Assembly: GCA_021414205.1 (NCBI GenBank)
Contig: JAIOOW010000003.1
Span: forward strand, 364,365 to 428,364
From: Candidatus Anderseniibacteriota bacterium
GTDB lineage: Bacteria; Patescibacteriota; Andersenbacteria; UBA10190
DNA: 64,000 nucleotides
Reading direction: 5' to 3'
The position numbers and the translations under genes are program-made. Below, piece after piece: positions 62,728 through 64,000 of this stretch (the first letter of the stretch is position 1; every line of letters begins with the position of its first letter). The notes under the pieces were generated by a model. It made no database searches, was not told where the DNA came from, and was given only the letters and a program-made list of their open reading frames with translations.

Positions 62728-64000
62728 CTAATACGCCTTTACCAGCGCCACGCCGTAGAAGTAGTACGTGAGGATTTGTTTAAATGTCCAGTTCTTTGCC
62801 TTTGCGAATCCATAGGCACCCTGCGCGCTCATGCCGACGCAATGGCCGTTACAATGGGTTGTTACGTGGTATGGGTCAGCAACAGAACGTTGGAGGTATG
62901 GGAATCGATCTGTACCCCACTCTTCTTTCGCCGTATGAGTTCTGCCGTCAGAATCAGAGAAGTATATAGATGCAATCGGCTGAGTTTGCTCCTTATTCAC
63001 AACGATGATTCCGCGCACCTTATTAAATAGGTTGCTCATGCGAGGCGTAATAATTTCATATTCGTAGCCCCTGTAAATTTGGTCATTCGGAGTATTGGTG
63101 ATGTCGAAATCGTTATACAGCGATCGTCCACCAGTTACGATTTTGTGATACAGCACATACGTTCGCGCGGCAATTCCGAGCGCTTCTACGTATTGTTCCG
63201 GGCCTTCTCCTGATGTTTCTCCTAATCCGCGCAGGTATAATTCGGTGCGCAGTTCGTTGATAGCCCAAAGCTGATTACAATTGTCGCACTTTCTAATTTC
63301 GATGACGCCACGGAAGCGATTATAGTTTTTGCCTTTGTAGGTAACCGACGGGTCGCTGTAGCTTACGATTTCCATGATTGCGCCGTTAAGCGGAACGAAT
63401 CGAATTTTATTTGCAGTATCAAAGCTCTTTCCAGCTCCGCGAACGTGATATTTCCCGCCAGACCAGCTTACTGCAACATTCTGCCCGGCTTTTATTGTTG
63501 CGAGAACTTTATCTGCGCCTTCTCGAATTTGAAAATTGTTATTCGCCGTAACCGTAATCGCTGATCCATTCGTATTTGTTATTCCGATTCGAACCGTGTC
63601 TCCTGCCGGATTGCCATCAATTCCATCAATTGCTTTTTTGGGAATTGAAGTAGAAGAAGTTGTCTTAGTGCTGTTTGCTGTTTTTCCGCAAATATACGGT
63701 GAGCCGATACGTTTCTTCTGGAGCTTCGTATATTGCATTGAAGATAATAGTTTTTCTTCAGAGGTAATCTCTCCGCAAGAAATTCTTGCTCTCCACCACG
63801 CTTTCTCGGCCTCTGTCGGATTATTGCCAAAGATTTTTATAAAATCCGGCAGAACATTAATAATGAGCTGCTGTTTTACAGCAGAAGAGACTGTGGCCGC
63901 AGCCGTGCTTGTTGTTTTTCCGCAAATATTCGGAGACCCAATTCTCGTCTTCAAGCTTTTTGTGTATTGCATTGAAGATAATAGTTTTTCTTCAGATGTA
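62728..64000 (-). CDS. SpoIID/LytB-domain protein with N-terminal tandem ~78-aa repeats; 5' end lies beyond the window
   Basis: The C-terminal domain …EQYVEALGIAARTYVLYHK… matches SpoIID/LytB. The N-terminus repeats MQYTK(S/L)…RIGSP(N/Y)ICGKT with a 78-aa period, and the repeat continues to the last base of the window. Confidence 0.65.
   Translation of the reverse strand, partial: TSEEKLLSSMQYTKSLKTRIGSPNICGKTTSTAAATVSSAVKQQLIINVLPDFIKIFGNNPTEAEKAWWRARISCGEITSEEKLLSSMQYTKLQKKRIGSPYICGKTANSTKTTSSTSIPKKAIDGIDGNPAGDTVRIGITNTNGSAITVTANNNFQIREGADKVLATIKAGQNVAVSWSGGKYHVRGAGKSFDTANKIRFVPLNGAIMEIVSYSDPSVTYKGKNYNRFRGVIEIRKCDNCNQLWAINELRTELYLRGLGETSGEGPEQYVEALGIAARTYVLYHKIVTGGRSLYNDFDITNTPNDQIYRGYEYEIITPRMSNLFNKVRGIIVVNKEQTQPIASIYFSDSDGRTHTAKEEWGTDRFPYLQRSVADPYHVTTHCNGHCVGMSAQGAYGFAKAKNWTFKQILTYYFYGVALVKAY
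63690..64000. repeat. near-identical ~231-234-bp tandem DNA repeat inside the SpoIID-domain gene (at least 2 copies, open-ended)
   Basis: 63721-63760 (gagcttcgtatattgcattgaagataatagtttttcttcagaggta) is nearly identical to 63951-64000, and the upstream blocks gtttttccgcaaatat… also recur. Confidence 0.8.

Noticed and set aside
1-64000. CRISPR arrays, tRNA/rRNA genes, transposases, integrases, phage structural genes
   Set aside because: I found no regularly spaced short direct repeats apart from the 231-234-bp intragenic tandem repeat at the window end. I saw no GTTCGAAT-type T-arm motifs and no transposase or integrase signatures (DDE, tyrosine recombinase R-H-R-Y) among the ORFs read.

Overview
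The window reads as a compact, strongly strand-biased bacterial chromosome segment: roughly 90% of genes lie on the minus strand, packed with ATGA/4-nt overlaps. The gene content suggests a reduced-genome, Gram-positive-like lineage, most consistent with Candidate Phyla Radiation / Patescibacteria, but this is inference from gene content only. Supporting observations are short aminoacyl-tRNA synthetases (AlaRS without the C-terminal C-Ala domain, an insertion-less ProRS), HPF, ScpAB, FemAB-family and HARE-HTH proteins, and the absence of any outer-membrane gene. Most of the window is housekeeping. Reading right to left on the minus strand it holds lysS (3'-truncated at the window start), greA, mrdA-mreD-mreC-mreB, proS, rseP, frr, holB, secF-secD, a nucleotide-sanitation cluster (two Nudix hydrolases plus a MazG-like protein and a CsaA-type tRNA-binding protein), secA, hpf, glycosyltransferases, the ribosomal alpha operon (infA-rpmJ-rpsM-rpsK-rpsD-rpoA-rplQ) fused to rplM-rpsI, alaS, and a partial division/cell-wall (dcw) cluster (murC-murG-ftsW ... 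murD-mraY-dacA-like) followed by scpB-scpA. The last third of the window is a large cell-envelope glycan island: GT2s, a membrane-anchored MurF, a DegT aminotransferase, a FemAB-family protein, a GT2/O-antigen-ligase fusion, a Wzx-flippase/GT4 fusion, GT4s, and a SpoIID-domain protein with tandem 78-aa repeats running off the window end. No rRNA, tRNA, CRISPR array, transposase or integrase was found. The accessory items most worth a second look are listed here. (a) A three-gene module at 33575-37811: a DUF87/HerA-type ATPase with a C-terminal zinc ribbon, a 2-TM partner, and a protein combining sigma-70 region 4 with three HARE-HTH repeats. (b) A GC-elevated two-gene islet at 8551-9514 with its own promoter and terminator. 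(c) A tandemly duplicated promoter-leader-ORF-terminator cassette at 47290-48412. (d) A 274-aa orphan gene flanked by 26-nt direct repeats that look like duplicated promoters. (e) A divergent two-gene insertion splitting the dcw cluster between murD and ftsW. (f) An ACP-like small ORF beside the DegT/FemAB pair.
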